Below, one piece after another: positions 46,934 through 57,211 of a stretch of 64,000 nt of DNA (position 1 is the stretch's first letter; the number at the start of each line of letters is the position of its first letter). The notes under the pieces are model-generated. The model had not been told where the DNA came from and searched no databases. It worked only from the letters and a program-made list of their open reading frames with translations. The stretch lies in sequence record MW218148.1. One strand, written 5' to 3'. A program made the translations under genes and the position numbers.

Positions 46934-47698
46934 TTGACTAATTTTACAGCTTCACAATTCCTCAAAAACCCTACAGGTAAAGGTTCAGCAACTGTGGCAA
47001 GACGTGATAGAATTATACTAGATATGAGAACAAGATTTTCTTATCTATACAGGAAAAATAAAAGGAATTTTAAGTTAAAAATATTCTTATATCAGGATAA
47101 GTATTACTTTTATTTTCAAATACCTTCTGAAGACTATTATAAAGAGGGATTAATATATGACGTTATAATAGAATTTAGACCACCTAATGAAAAAGCAGCT
47201 AAGTCTAAAGATCTTAATAACTACTTAATTAGATTTATTAGTAACTCTCCTAACTTCATGTTTACTTATGGTTATCTTTATAATAAGGATGATTTATTAA
47301 TAAGTTGGTTAAGCTATAAATTAGGACCTAAAGCACTAAATCAACCTCCAGAAATAAGAAACCCTAGACTTGAATACGGTTTTGAGAAATCAGTTTATTT
47401 TGCTCTTTTATACTTGGAAACAAACCCTAAAGCATTAAAAAATCCATTACACTTAACTTTACCTAACAGACAAAGAATTAAAAGCTCATTTAAATCATCT
47501 GAGTTAAAGTTAAGGGAATACAACAAAATTAAGAAACAAAATTCATCTAAGAAAAAGAATCAATCATCTTTAAAGAAAAAGTTAAATGATCGTGTATCTA
47601 AATTCAACGAAGAAAAGCAGAGGAAAACTAAACCGATTAACCGTAAAGTAAAACCTATCGGTAAGGTTAAAAAGGTTAAAACAACAAAGAGAAAATGA
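46934..47698 (+). CDS. Hypothetical protein with a highly basic C-terminal tail
   Basis: 254 aa, TTG start after AGGGG, K/R-rich tail. Confidence 0.7.
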   Translation: MTNFTASQFLKNPTGKGSATVARRDRIILDMRTRFSYLYRKNKRNFKLKIFLYQDKYYFYFQIPSEDYYKEGLIYDVIIEFRPPNEKAAKSKDLNNYLIRFISNSPNFMFTYGYLYNKDDLLISWLSYKLGPKALNQPPEIRNPRLEYGFEKSVYFALLYLETNPKALKNPLHLTLPNRQRIKSSFKSSELKLREYNKIKKQNSSKKKNQSSLKKKLNDRVSKFNEEKQRKTKPINRKVKPIGKVKKVKTTKRK

Positions 47699-47704
47699 CT
47701 TAAT

Positions 47705-47724
47705 AAATATATATTATAAAAATG
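47705..47724 (+). promoter_or_regulatory. Early-type promoter motif
   Basis: AAATATATATTATAAAAATG exact copy upstream of the sigma-like subunit. Confidence 0.65.
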
Positions 47725-47770
47725 ATAAATGATTAAAACCATTTATCATTTCATCATTATTATTTGAGGA

Positions 47771-49516
47771 GTGTGTCGGATATTGGAAAGAATTGCTGAG
47801 ATTGAAGAAAAGAAAGGTTTAGACTTAAAAAGGATTGATAAACTAGTTTTTAACGAAGAAGAAGTGCCATTATTATCTAGTAACGTTAATAAGCTTAATA
47901 GAGTTTATGGAGATTTTAACCCTACGAATAAGTATATTAATTCACAAGATTTAGAGACAATAGAAAAAGAAAGTAGTAAAGGTAAAGTCGACTTTGATTA
48001 CATACAAAGAGATGATATTTTACCTTTAGTTAAATTTATTGAATCAGAAAAGAATGACACTATCTTTATAGACTTCAATAAAATACTTGAAACAGATAAT
48101 CGAAAAGTAAATAAAGAAGAAGATTTTAATGACATATTTACAATTCAGATTAAACAAAGATCTTACAAGAGTATATTAGATTTTATTGTTAATGATATGA
48201 ATTATATTGTTAATGAAATACCGCATATTATAATTAAAGCAGCGACTATATTAAGTAAGATTTCTAAACTTAAAGATAATTATGATGAAGTAGATTTCTT
48301 TAAAGATATACAAAATCTCATTGAAGATGAAGATCTAAGAAATATTATTCGTTATATTGTGGAGAATAACTATACTATAAACTTAGATCAAACTAATGCT
48401 GAAGCAATGTTACAAAGTAAAAAGGTTATTAAGAAAGACCTTCAAGTAACAGACAAAGTCAATCAGTCATTCTTATCAGCAGCTTTGTTACAAAGATTTA
48501 TCATACCGTTTATTAGTCAATATTATGTAATCACTAATAAGTATCATTGTGAAAATGCTGATGCAGATAAAGAAAGAACTAAAAATGGTTATTTCAAAGC
48601 GTTCAATTATTGTATGTGCGTTGCTTCATTTGATTATAATGTAAGTAATAATAATAAACTGTACAAGATTGTTGAACCGAAAGTAATCAAAACGAAATAT
48701 AATGATAGAGTTATTTGGAGATTCTTAGATTTAAGATCTATCGATCCAGATACAGTTATCAACAAAATTATGGATAAAATTATCAGACAAATCGTATGTA
48801 AATTATTAGTTGATACTTCAGCTGTAGCGTACTTTACTTCAGTAATTAAATTCTCTATTGATTATGAATTTAAATATAAATATCCTATCAAATTCAGATC
48901 TATTAGATTAACTACTGATGACGATGATGAGGAAGATAGCTTTGATAGATTCCAAATGAATAATTTCCATAAGGTTAATGAACGTTTAGATTTAGCTAAT
49001 AAAATCACTATAGACAGATTCATTAATGAAAGAATTAAAGAACTAGATATTTCAGATGATTATATAAATAGATTATATGATAAATTTGATTATATTAATG
49101 ATCTTCAATCACACTTAATTAAAGTATACTTTGCTGAATACTTTAATGTAACTACTAATGATAGAAAAAGTATTGTCTCGCTTTTAGCTATCATGTCTAA
49201 AGAATTAATTAACAATAATATGGTTACTCTAGGTAAAATTGTTGCTAGTAAAGTTATATCTGGAACTAAGGCTAAGAATGTAGGTAAACTATCTCTTGAT
49301 GTTATCGCTGATAGATATTATGTTGAAGCTTGGAATAAATATAAATTTATAAATGACATCACAGAAAAAGATAATTTCATCTTAAGAATAGCTTTGGTTA
49401 ATGGATATTCATTTAGTTTCACTCCAGAAGATAATAATAAAGAAGAAGAGATTATAGAAGATATTGATAAGAAGTTCTTTATATCAGAAGTGTCTCAATT
49501 CATTTCTCAGTATTAA
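47771..49516 (+). CDS. Sigma-like promoter-specificity subunit of the non-virion RNAP (AR9 gp226 / phiKZ gp68 family)
   Basis: KQRSY, DLQVTD, NKLYKI..TKYNDRVIW and FKYKYPI match my recollection of AR9 gp226 (NKRSY, ELQVTD, NKLYKI..TKYSDVVIW, FTFKYPI). Confidence 0.82.
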   Translation: MCRILERIAEIEEKKGLDLKRIDKLVFNEEEVPLLSSNVNKLNRVYGDFNPTNKYINSQDLETIEKESSKGKVDFDYIQRDDILPLVKFIESEKNDTIFIDFNKILETDNRKVNKEEDFNDIFTIQIKQRSYKSILDFIVNDMNYIVNEIPHIIIKAATILSKISKLKDNYDEVDFFKDIQNLIEDEDLRNIIRYIVENNYTINLDQTNAEAMLQSKKVIKKDLQVTDKVNQSFLSAALLQRFIIPFISQYYVITNKYHCENADADKERTKNGYFKAFNYCMCVASFDYNVSNNNKLYKIVEPKVIKTKYNDRVIWRFLDLRSIDPDTVINKIMDKIIRQIVCKLLVDTSAVAYFTSVIKFSIDYEFKYKYPIKFRSIRLTTDDDDEEDSFDRFQMNNFHKVNERLDLANKITIDRFINERIKELDISDDYINRLYDKFDYINDLQSHLIKVYFAEYFNVTTNDRKSIVSLLAIMSKELINNNMVTLGKIVASKVISGTKAKNVGKLSLDVIADRYYVEAWNKYKFINDITEKDNFILRIALVNGYSFSFTPEDNNKEEEIIEDIDKKFFISEVSQFISQY

Positions 49517-49534
49517 AAAAAAATATTTAAAAAT

Positions 49535-49567
49535 AACCCATACACTTCTTATTGAGGTGTATGGGTT
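49535..49567. terminator. Bidirectional terminator
   Basis: AACCCATACAC / GTGTATGGGTT between convergent genes. Confidence 0.75.
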
Positions 49568-49599
49568 GTATTATTTTTTTTTCTTGGATCATAGAAAAT

Positions 49600-50751
49600 C
49601 TATCGGTTTAATTCACCTTCAAATAGATAATCAATATTAATGTAAGTTCTTTCAAACACTTCTTCATTAAGTGTTTTAATTTCATTAGGATCATTAAAGT
49701 CAATAATCTGTGATGAAATTATATTCTGTATCTTACTACCGTCTATCTCATCAACTATATGTGAATGATTAAACAATTTAAATCTCTTAATTAATTCTTC
49801 CATTTTATCGTCTTTTAATTTACCTGAAAATAACTTTCTTAAAGAAGATTCATTTGCATAATCTTTAAGAGGTGATAACTCTATATCAGATATCATTTTA
49901 TCTAATAATTTGACTGTAGATACTGGTCCATAACCAGGAATTGATTTGTATTCTTGATCTTTATGGTCTGTAAATAAGTTATATATGTCTAAGATATTAT
50001 AGTCTATATTAACAAATTCATTAATGTCCTTTTTAGTTCCTGAACTAAATAACTCATCTTTAACATTCTCTTTTGATATAACTTTACTCTTTTCTGAACC
50101 TCTTAACTCTAATAATAACATTCTATCTTTATATTTTAATAACTGTCTGTATATTTTATCATTACTAACTATTAAAGAATAATCATTATTATTGTCTATA
50201 TTAGTTTTATTTATAATATAGTATGGTAGTATAGTTGGTTCTATTTTGTAGGTATCAATAAAATATGCATTAGGAATATACTTAACTATAGTTTTAACCA
50301 ACTCTAAAGTTGATTTAATTGTCTTATTTGTATCTCTATAAGTTATATTATTTTTATCCATCTTCTTATAATATTCTTTCTTATAGTTACTATCTATATT
50401 TGTATGATAAATGGATTCTTTATCTGAATAGAATAAAAAGAATCTACTATGCATACTTAACCTACTTGCAAAGAAATGTCTATAATGCCCTATTATATTA
50501 ACCAACTCTACCACTAAATTTAATCTATCTTTAGTTTTTATATGAGTAAAGTTTTCAGCTATCTGAGGCGAATATAACTGTTTGATTACTGAATTGATAT
50601 CTATATAAACAGTAACGTTATCATTGTTTGTATAACTATTAAATTTCCCTCCTTCTACATAAGGTCTAACTAATTCTGTCATTTTGTTATAATTTAATTT
50701 TTTGGAATTTATAATACGTTCTATTATACTAATATCCATTATGTAACTCAC
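49600..50751 (-). CDS. 5'-3' exonuclease/flap endonuclease (PIN plus H3TH, T4 RNase H-like)
   Basis: VYIDINS, IVSNDKIYRQL, SIPGYGPVSTVKLL; the EADD-equivalent reads IEPT, so activity is uncertain. Confidence 0.7.
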   Translation of the reverse strand: MSYIMDISIIERIINSKKLNYNKMTELVRPYVEGGKFNSYTNNDNVTVYIDINSVIKQLYSPQIAENFTHIKTKDRLNLVVELVNIIGHYRHFFASRLSMHSRFFLFYSDKESIYHTNIDSNYKKEYYKKMDKNNITYRDTNKTIKSTLELVKTIVKYIPNAYFIDTYKIEPTILPYYIINKTNIDNNNDYSLIVSNDKIYRQLLKYKDRMLLLELRGSEKSKVISKENVKDELFSSGTKKDINEFVNIDYNILDIYNLFTDHKDQEYKSIPGYGPVSTVKLLDKMISDIELSPLKDYANESSLRKLFSGKLKDDKMEELIKRFKLFNHSHIVDEIDGSKIQNIISSQIIDFNDPNEIKTLNEEVFERTYINIDYLFEGELNR

Positions 50752-50820
50752 GTCCTTTCATTTCTATAATATATAATTATATATTAATTCGTAATTTTAT
50801 AAAAATTGATATTAGATGGT

Positions 50821-50832
50821 AACATTCACTTA
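50821..50832 (+). promoter_or_regulatory. Late-type promoter AACA-N6-TA
   Basis: AACA-TTCACT-TATA. Confidence 0.55.
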
Positions 50833-50855
50833 TAATAATATGTATTGGGAAGTCG

Positions 50856-52139
50856 GTGAATTTTAAATTGATAGAGAGTTTAATTACTAAAAAAATATTT
50901 AATATAAGGTTAATAGCTTTATATTCAGATGGAGAATCTGAAGATTTATCTCAATTCATTAAACGATCCAGAATTGAAATGAACTTTCAAGAATTCATAA
51001 TGCCTTACTATAGGTTTATATTAAGATTACCTAAAGAGACTATAATTAAAATTAATAAAGACAGAGACAAAATTGTTTTCTCATTCAACTCAAATATGAT
51101 AACTACTGATGCTGAAAGTGAAAGTCTTTCTGTACCATTTTATGAAGAAATTATATTGAAACCATTAATGGATTTAAGTAATCCAGTTAATTATGATGAT
51201 AGAATAACTAGAGATGATGAAGATGAGAAACATTTATTTGATCGTTATGAATTAGTAGCAATATCAGAAGAGACTTTAAAAACAAATAAACCTATTGTAT
51301 CTGGAATATATAATAACTGTACTGTATCAGAAGTAGTTACAGATCTATTATCAAATCTTAATAATAGAGATATCTATCTCCATGAAATTGATAATGATAA
51401 GATATATGAACAAATAATACTACTTCCAGCTAATGTATATGATAATATAAAATTCATAGATGATGTTTATGGAATATATAATAGAGAAATCAAAGTATTT
51501 AATCATGAATCAGGTTTAAATATACTACCAATGTCTGGATTTGATCCTAATGAAATTGGTAAAGTTAAAATTGATATAAGATTTCCTGCCAATCAAACTG
51601 CTGAAGAAATCATAGAAGGATCATATGAACAAATATCTGAAGTTGATGATAGAGTAAGAAATAAAAATATATCTACTAAAATAAATAATGTATCTTTAAT
51701 AGACAATACACGTTTATTTAATGAGCTAATCGGTTCTGAAATAAATCTTTTTGGAATGGAAAATACTTCTGATTCACCTAAATTAAGTACTCATAAGAGA
51801 TATATTGAAGATAGAAATGGTGTTGTTAATAAAGTTAAAGTTTATGATGACATATACGATAATCCATACAGTTTAGAAAAAGAATTTAATAATAGTAAAG
51901 ATATAATTGTAAAAATTCAGCTTAATGACATTGATATAACTATGGATGATACATTCAAACAATTTGACTTAGAATTCTTTAATCAATATTATAAACACTA
52001 TAATGGTTTATATGAGTTACTTTCAATTAATCAAGAATTCAAGACCGCTAACAAAGCTTTAGTTCTTTCTAATTATGTAACTTTAAGAAAAATAAATGAC
52101 CATGTATTTACACAAAATGATAATAATCCCAATACCTAA
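50856..52139 (+). CDS. Virion protein, probable baseplate hub (gp27-like)
   Basis: Late promoter; SGIYNNCTVSEVVTDLL..EQIILLP..IKFIDDVYG pattern of hub proteins; likely start is the TTG at 50868. Confidence 0.45.
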   Translation: MNFKLIESLITKKIFNIRLIALYSDGESEDLSQFIKRSRIEMNFQEFIMPYYRFILRLPKETIIKINKDRDKIVFSFNSNMITTDAESESLSVPFYEEIILKPLMDLSNPVNYDDRITRDDEDEKHLFDRYELVAISEETLKTNKPIVSGIYNNCTVSEVVTDLLSNLNNRDIYLHEIDNDKIYEQIILLPANVYDNIKFIDDVYGIYNREIKVFNHESGLNILPMSGFDPNEIGKVKIDIRFPANQTAEEIIEGSYEQISEVDDRVRNKNISTKINNVSLIDNTRLFNELIGSEINLFGMENTSDSPKLSTHKRYIEDRNGVVNKVKVYDDIYDNPYSLEKEFNNSKDIIVKIQLNDIDITMDDTFKQFDLEFFNQYYKHYNGLYELLSINQEFKTANKALVLSNYVTLRKINDHVFTQNDNNPNT

Positions 52140-52155
52140 AGAAAAGGTATTGGGA
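52127..52155. terminator. Bidirectional terminator
   Basis: TCCCAATACCT / AGGTATTGGGA. Confidence 0.7.
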
Positions 52156-52162
52156 TATATTA

Positions 52163-52924
52163 TTAACTGATATATTTCTGAACGTCATTTAATAGATTAA
52201 CATGGCTTTGCATTGAATTTTTAATAACCTGTCTGTAGATCACATTTAGTTTATTAAGATCATTAACTAATAATTGATTTTCTCTGATTTTTTGCTCTTC
52301 AATTTCTTTATTTGCAAATTTAATAGAAGTTTCTGAAGTTGCTTTCATTGTATCTGCTGAAATCTTAAATGATCTAGCAAATACTTTAGCTTCATTAAAC
52401 TGTTCAAAAGATTTATTAACCACATATTCTAAATCCATAGACATTGTTAAGGGTATTTCTAAATAATGATCTTTCTCATTTAATTCCAGCTCAAATTCCC
52501 TACACTTAGCTGCAAATCCTTCTTGACCTGCATATTTAAGCGTATCTTCATGTTTTCTTAAATCAGTGGATTTCCAAATAAGGAAAGTTGATGCTGGACC
52601 TGAAAGATTTCCCATAACTCTATTAATTTCTTCTTTATTCTTTCTAATCTTCTTGATAGTTGATTTAGTTTTCATAGTCACTCTATTAAAATTAGTATTA
52701 AAGAACTTCATGAATTTAACCAAAGTATTTTTTATCAATGCTAATATATTTAAAAAGAACTCTTTCAATGCATGAAAGAAACTTTCAACTGGCGATTCAT
52801 TTAATCTGGCAATTTCATTATGAAAACCTAATGAAGAGTTTACTATTTCTATTTCTTCTTTAAGAAAAACTGTTTCAAATTCTTTGTTTTCTAACAAAAC
52901 AAAATCTCTCCTTTCATATTTCAA
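52163..52924 (-). CDS. Internal head (ejection) protein paralog
   Basis: LxE/LNE-rich N-terminus followed by amphipathic FFHALKEFFLNILALIKNTLVKFMKFF, as in phiKZ-type inner head proteins. Confidence 0.6.
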   Translation of the reverse strand: MKYERRDFVLLENKEFETVFLKEEIEIVNSSLGFHNEIARLNESPVESFFHALKEFFLNILALIKNTLVKFMKFFNTNFNRVTMKTKSTIKKIRKNKEEINRVMGNLSGPASTFLIWKSTDLRKHEDTLKYAGQEGFAAKCREFELELNEKDHYLEIPLTMSMDLEYVVNKSFEQFNEAKVFARSFKISADTMKATSETSIKFANKEIEEQKIRENQLLVNDLNKLNVIYRQVIKNSMQSHVNLLNDVQKYIS

Positions 52925-52935
52925 ATAAAAAAAAA

Positions 52936-52966
52936 AGACCTAATACCCATATAGAGTATTAGGTCT
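52936..52966 (-). terminator. Terminator hairpin
   Basis: AGACCTAATAC / GTATTAGGTCT with poly-T on the minus strand. Confidence 0.75.
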
Positions 52967-52974
52967 GTAATCAA

Positions 52975-53823
52975 TTAAGCATTCATAGCTTTAGCTTTTT
53001 TGTCAGCTGCTTTATTTTGATCTTTAACAGCTTGTTTAGCGTTTTTAGCACTTGCTTTGCTTCCACTATTTAAGATTTTAGCTACTTTATAAGCTTTGCC
53101 AAGAACTTCATTATTACTAGCAATTGACATTGAAGCATATTTACGAGCTAATGCTATACATTTATTATTGATTTTAATTTCAGCTTTCTTTTGATTCACT
53201 AATTCTTTATCCCCTTTAGCGGCTGCTTGAGTACCAGTTTTAGCACTGCCATCAGCGTTAGAAGAGTTTGTTTTGATAGTTTTAGCAGTCGATTTAATTT
53301 CTTTCATGCTCGTACTAGAATTACGAACTGCATTCACTATAGAACTTTTATCTTTTAATGTTGATTCTTTCCAAATTACACTTTTATCACTTTTTTCTGC
53401 ATTAAGTAAAGATTGTAATTGGTATAGTTCTTCTTCTTTTTTCTTAACATCAACATTAGCTGTGTCAAGTTTGCCTAAGTCAACCCCACCAGATAGAAGA
53501 ACAAATACTTTTTCTTCTTGGTCTTTTTCAACTGTACCATTTAAGTTTGCTTGAGCAATATATTTTTTAATATTGTTGAAACGAGAGAATAATTTATTGT
53601 AAGCATCAACGAAGAAAGTCATGAATTTCTTAACCGCTTCTTTAATAGCTTTAATAATTTTGATAAAGAATTCTTTAGCTTTTTCGCCAAATCCTTTTCC
53701 GTCTTTTGTATCTTCTTCAGCTTCATTTAAGGCATTGAAACTTTCTAACACCATAAGTTCATTTTCTGAAGCAGATAATTGTTCTTCTAAAATAGAATAT
53801 TCAAATGATTGATTTTGTAACAT
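52975..53823 (-). CDS. Internal head (ejection) protein paralog
   Basis: ILEE..VLES..LNEAE propeptide then FGEKAKEFFIKIIKAIKEAVKKFMTFF. Confidence 0.65.
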   Translation of the reverse strand: MLQNQSFEYSILEEQLSASENELMVLESFNALNEAEEDTKDGKGFGEKAKEFFIKIIKAIKEAVKKFMTFFVDAYNKLFSRFNNIKKYIAQANLNGTVEKDQEEKVFVLLSGGVDLGKLDTANVDVKKKEEELYQLQSLLNAEKSDKSVIWKESTLKDKSSIVNAVRNSSTSMKEIKSTAKTIKTNSSNADGSAKTGTQAAAKGDKELVNQKKAEIKINNKCIALARKYASMSIASNNEVLGKAYKVAKILNSGSKASAKNAKQAVKDQNKAADKKAKAMNA

Positions 53824-53874
53824 TATATAATTTCCTCCATTTATTTAAATTTATATATTTTGTTTTTTAATACA

Positions 53875-54957
53875 TTAGAAACTGATATTAAAATCATCTT
53901 CTAATTCTCTTCCAATTTCTGAATCGATTTTATCAGATTCTGACTTACCTTGAACTTCAGATACACCATCTTCAATATCAATTCGGTCAGCTAATTTATT
54001 TAAACGTTCAGCAGCTTTATTCTGTTTTTCACGTGCTTTATCTGATAAGTTATCATTTTGTTCACCTTCAATGATTTTAACAGCTTCACGTAAATATTCA
54101 GCTAAGTCTGAACGGGTTTTGATTATTTTAATGTACGCTTGTTTAACTAAAAATAAAGATAACATAGATCCTGCAAGTACAGTTATAGTTAACCCACCGT
54201 ATTTAATGAATTTTTCAGATTTTGATAATTTATCAAGCACATCACTTGCACCAATTTCTTTAGCTAATTTACTAATACTGTCAAGATCAAATTCAAATCC
54301 TTCATTAGTACTAATGAAAGAACCTTCAAATTTAAAAGTATCTCTAAGTTTTCCAGCTTTGTACATTTTCAAAACATTTTCCAATGTTTTTAATTCAACA
54401 GAGTCTTTCTTTCTTAACTTATCACCATTAAATACTAATCTACCTTGTTCATTATCAAAACCTAAGAAGAATAGTTGAGTAGTAAGTAATAGTACAGAAG
54501 AAGCAACAGTAGTATAAACTAATTGTCCCACTTCATTATTATTGTTAAAACATTTTTTAAAGTTATTTTTTTCTTTTTCAAGTAAGTTTACAGAATTCTC
54601 TACTGTATCAAAAACGGAAATAAGTTTAGGGTCAAAGCTTCTAGACTTATGAGCTTTTAAAAATTTAAAAGTTTTTTCAAAATCTTTATATGCTTTAACC
54701 TTATTAAAATCACCTTTACTAGAAAGGACTGATTTTAAGTTTTTATTTCCTGATTTTTTCAACATTTTTTCAGACGTTTTAGAAATAGCTACAGTTAAGG
54801 CTTGCATTTTCTCTTCTGGATCTAATCTCTTAAAAGGTCTGAAAGGTAAAGAGAATTCCTGTAAAACTTTTTGTGTCATTGCATCTTCACTAAGAAGATG
54901 TTTGCTTTCAAGAAGTTCCACAGGGAATCTCCACTTCCTTTCTAGGAATAAATTCAA
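53875..54957 (-). CDS. Probable virion (head/ejection) protein with hydrophobic segments
   Basis: Late promoter at 55011-55022; LLES/LSE/LQE sites near the N-terminus; hydrophobic VASSVLLLTTQLFFLG and LTITVLAGSMLSLFLV. Confidence 0.5.
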   Translation of the reverse strand: MNLFLERKWRFPVELLESKHLLSEDAMTQKVLQEFSLPFRPFKRLDPEEKMQALTVAISKTSEKMLKKSGNKNLKSVLSSKGDFNKVKAYKDFEKTFKFLKAHKSRSFDPKLISVFDTVENSVNLLEKEKNNFKKCFNNNNEVGQLVYTTVASSVLLLTTQLFFLGFDNEQGRLVFNGDKLRKKDSVELKTLENVLKMYKAGKLRDTFKFEGSFISTNEGFEFDLDSISKLAKEIGASDVLDKLSKSEKFIKYGGLTITVLAGSMLSLFLVKQAYIKIIKTRSDLAEYLREAVKIIEGEQNDNLSDKAREKQNKAAERLNKLADRIDIEDGVSEVQGKSESDKIDSEIGRELEDDFNISF

Positions 54958-55010
54958 ATAAAATAGAAAATGCTAATCTACACGCTAATATAAATTTCAT
55001 TTTTATTTTA

Positions 55011-55022
55011 TAAAATTTTGTT
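55011..55022 (-). promoter_or_regulatory. Late-type promoter AACA-N6-TA
   Basis: AACA-AAATTT-TATA. Confidence 0.55.
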
Positions 55023-55092
55023 CTAAATATAATTCCATTAATTTATTCAAATTAAGAAATATATCTTATTATATGATAAATGTTTCTACTAA

Positions 55093-56616
55093 TTATCGTT
55101 TTAATAATTTTTCAAGCATTTCAGAAGTTAAATCTTTTTGGTTATTCTTAACTTTGTAAGCACCAAGTTTACTTTCTTTAATGACTTCAAATTTATTATG
55201 GTCTGGTAAATATTTATAAACTAATTCTCTAGTTTGGTCTATGATAATAAAGTCTAATAAGAAGAATTCATTATAAATTTTCTTAACTGCTCTACGGTCA
55301 GATAATAAATCTACACCAGTTTTACGTTTAACTTCGTTAGCTTCATCAATAGTAATCATTAAAGCTGTTGTTGGAATATAGTTAGCTTTAGCTGACTTAG
55401 CAATACCAGAAGCTTTATTAACTGTATAAAGAGAATTTAATTTGTTCCAAATAGCACCAGAACGTCCTTTTTTAGAGTCTTGAGCTATTTTTTTAACTTT
55501 ATCAGCATCTAATAATAAATCTTTAACTAAACGTAATTCACCTGTAGTAAATTTAACTAATTTAGTTACTAAGTTTGAACCACGAGATTTATCAGAAAGA
55601 TAGAAGATGATGTCTTCAGTTTTAACAACATGAACTACTGTTTTAACACCGAATTTAACTTCTTTAGGAACTAATACTCCTGGTAAATATTCACCTTTAC
55701 TATCAGTTCCCATAAAAGTAACTTTAGAAGAAATAGTTGTAGGTAAAGAAGAATTTATTTTATCTTTATCAATAACTACTTTTGCACCGAATTTTTCATC
55801 TACTTCATTCTTAGATCTAGAAACATAACTCTCAACTCTATCTAAAAATGAATCTAAGACGGTATCATCCGATATAAATAGAACTTTGCCTTTAGCATCT
55901 TTATGAGGTTCACCATTTAAAAGATTTTTAACATTTTTTGAAGGATCACTCTCTTTAAGTCCTTTAAATTCATATTCTTCAGTTTCAATTTTTTCTTTCT
56001 CTATTTCATTTCCATCTCTATCTTTTTTAGCTTCTTCTCTTATAGTTAACTTAAGTTTCAAATCATAGGTAGTTGATGAATTTTCTTGTCTAGATTTAAT
56101 AAAATCTTTTTCATCAAAATCAAATTCATATTTTCTTGTATTTTCATTATTGCTTATTTTAAATCCTTCATTTACAAGTTCTTTCATTTCTTCTCTAGTG
56201 ATAGTCATATTATTTAAAGAAGACATATTAAATTTTTCTTCAGGAGTTTCTAATAAATAATTATTAGATCTTTTAATATCTTCTTTTGTACTTTCAGCTA
56301 AATTTACATTATTATGTAAATCAGCCATAAATGAAGTAGGGTCTTTCGGATCAAAAGTTTGTAACGGTGAATTTGTTAATACAAAATCAAACTCAAAAGC
56401 TCTCTCTAATTCTAACTGGTTTCTCATTAATTCAACTGTGTCTTGTTCTATAGTATCAGATGTAACTAAAGGGAACTGTAGAATGAAATCTCCTGATCTA
56501 GATTTCATTGAACGTTTTCTTTTATTATTGTCTTTATAATTTTTTCTTATACTATTTGGTTTTATATCTTGTAATAAAGATATTACATCTGTAAAAAGAT
56601 TTACTTTATTGGCCAA
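55093..56616 (-). CDS. Probable virion structural protein
   Basis: Late promoter, TTG start, internal LAES/LLE/VNE sites; sits in a head-protein cluster. Confidence 0.5.
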   Translation of the reverse strand: MANKVNLFTDVISLLQDIKPNSIRKNYKDNNKRKRSMKSRSGDFILQFPLVTSDTIEQDTVELMRNQLELERAFEFDFVLTNSPLQTFDPKDPTSFMADLHNNVNLAESTKEDIKRSNNYLLETPEEKFNMSSLNNMTITREEMKELVNEGFKISNNENTRKYEFDFDEKDFIKSRQENSSTTYDLKLKLTIREEAKKDRDGNEIEKEKIETEEYEFKGLKESDPSKNVKNLLNGEPHKDAKGKVLFISDDTVLDSFLDRVESYVSRSKNEVDEKFGAKVVIDKDKINSSLPTTISSKVTFMGTDSKGEYLPGVLVPKEVKFGVKTVVHVVKTEDIIFYLSDKSRGSNLVTKLVKFTTGELRLVKDLLLDADKVKKIAQDSKKGRSGAIWNKLNSLYTVNKASGIAKSAKANYIPTTALMITIDEANEVKRKTGVDLLSDRRAVKKIYNEFFLLDFIIIDQTRELVYKYLPDHNKFEVIKESKLGAYKVKNNQKDLTSEMLEKLLKR

Positions 56617-56649
56617 TGTATTTCCGCCTTTCTTTTCTTATTATTTTTA

Positions 56650-56661
56650 TAAAGATATGTT
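56650..56661 (-). promoter_or_regulatory. Late-type promoter AACA-N6-TA
   Basis: AACA-TATCTT-TATA. Confidence 0.55.
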
Positions 56662-56700
56662 TGATCATGGGAAACGATAAAAAATTAGAAAAAAAAAATA

Positions 56701-56740
56701 AATTTAGATATCGTATCAACTAAGACACGATATCTAAATT
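56701..56740 (-). terminator. Terminator hairpin
   Basis: 14-bp AATTTAGATATCGT / ACGATATCTAAATT with poly-T on the minus strand. Confidence 0.8.
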
Positions 56741-56790
56741 TTTGTGAGTGAGTTATTTTTGAATATCCATCATATTCGAGAAGTTTTATC

Positions 56791-56937
56791 TTAAATTTTA
56801 TCATAATTAGACAAAATATGCTTATTTTTAAAATCTTCGAAATCATCTCTTACTACATAAGATCCGCTTCCTATATTTCTATTAAATTTTTCCATAAAAC
56901 TTTTTTCTTTCTTTTCCGATACATTATCTTTATTCAA
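56791..56937 (-). CDS. 48-aa small ORF (below the track cut-off)
   Basis: RBS GGGGAGAG, TTG start, MNKDNVSEKKEKSFMEKFNRNIGSGSYVVRDDFEDFKNKHILSNYDKI. Confidence 0.5.
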   Translation of the reverse strand: MNKDNVSEKKEKSFMEKFNRNIGSGSYVVRDDFEDFKNKHILSNYDKI

Positions 56938-57211
56938 TTTTTGAATCTCTCCCCATTTATATTACTACTATTAAATATATTACATAAATATGTGTGAACG
57001 GACTAACCACCTTAAATATAATAGATATAACTGTTTTGATTATTGACCTAAATGTCATTTGGGAATCTTTTTATTGGTTAACTCACTCTGTTCACATTTT
57101 GTTATTTTATACTTCCATTCATTTTAGTATAGGGGATCTAAAATGAATCGGCATATTTATATATCTTAGTAGAATATAGTATATTAATGAGATGTTAATT
57201 TCTTAACTTCT

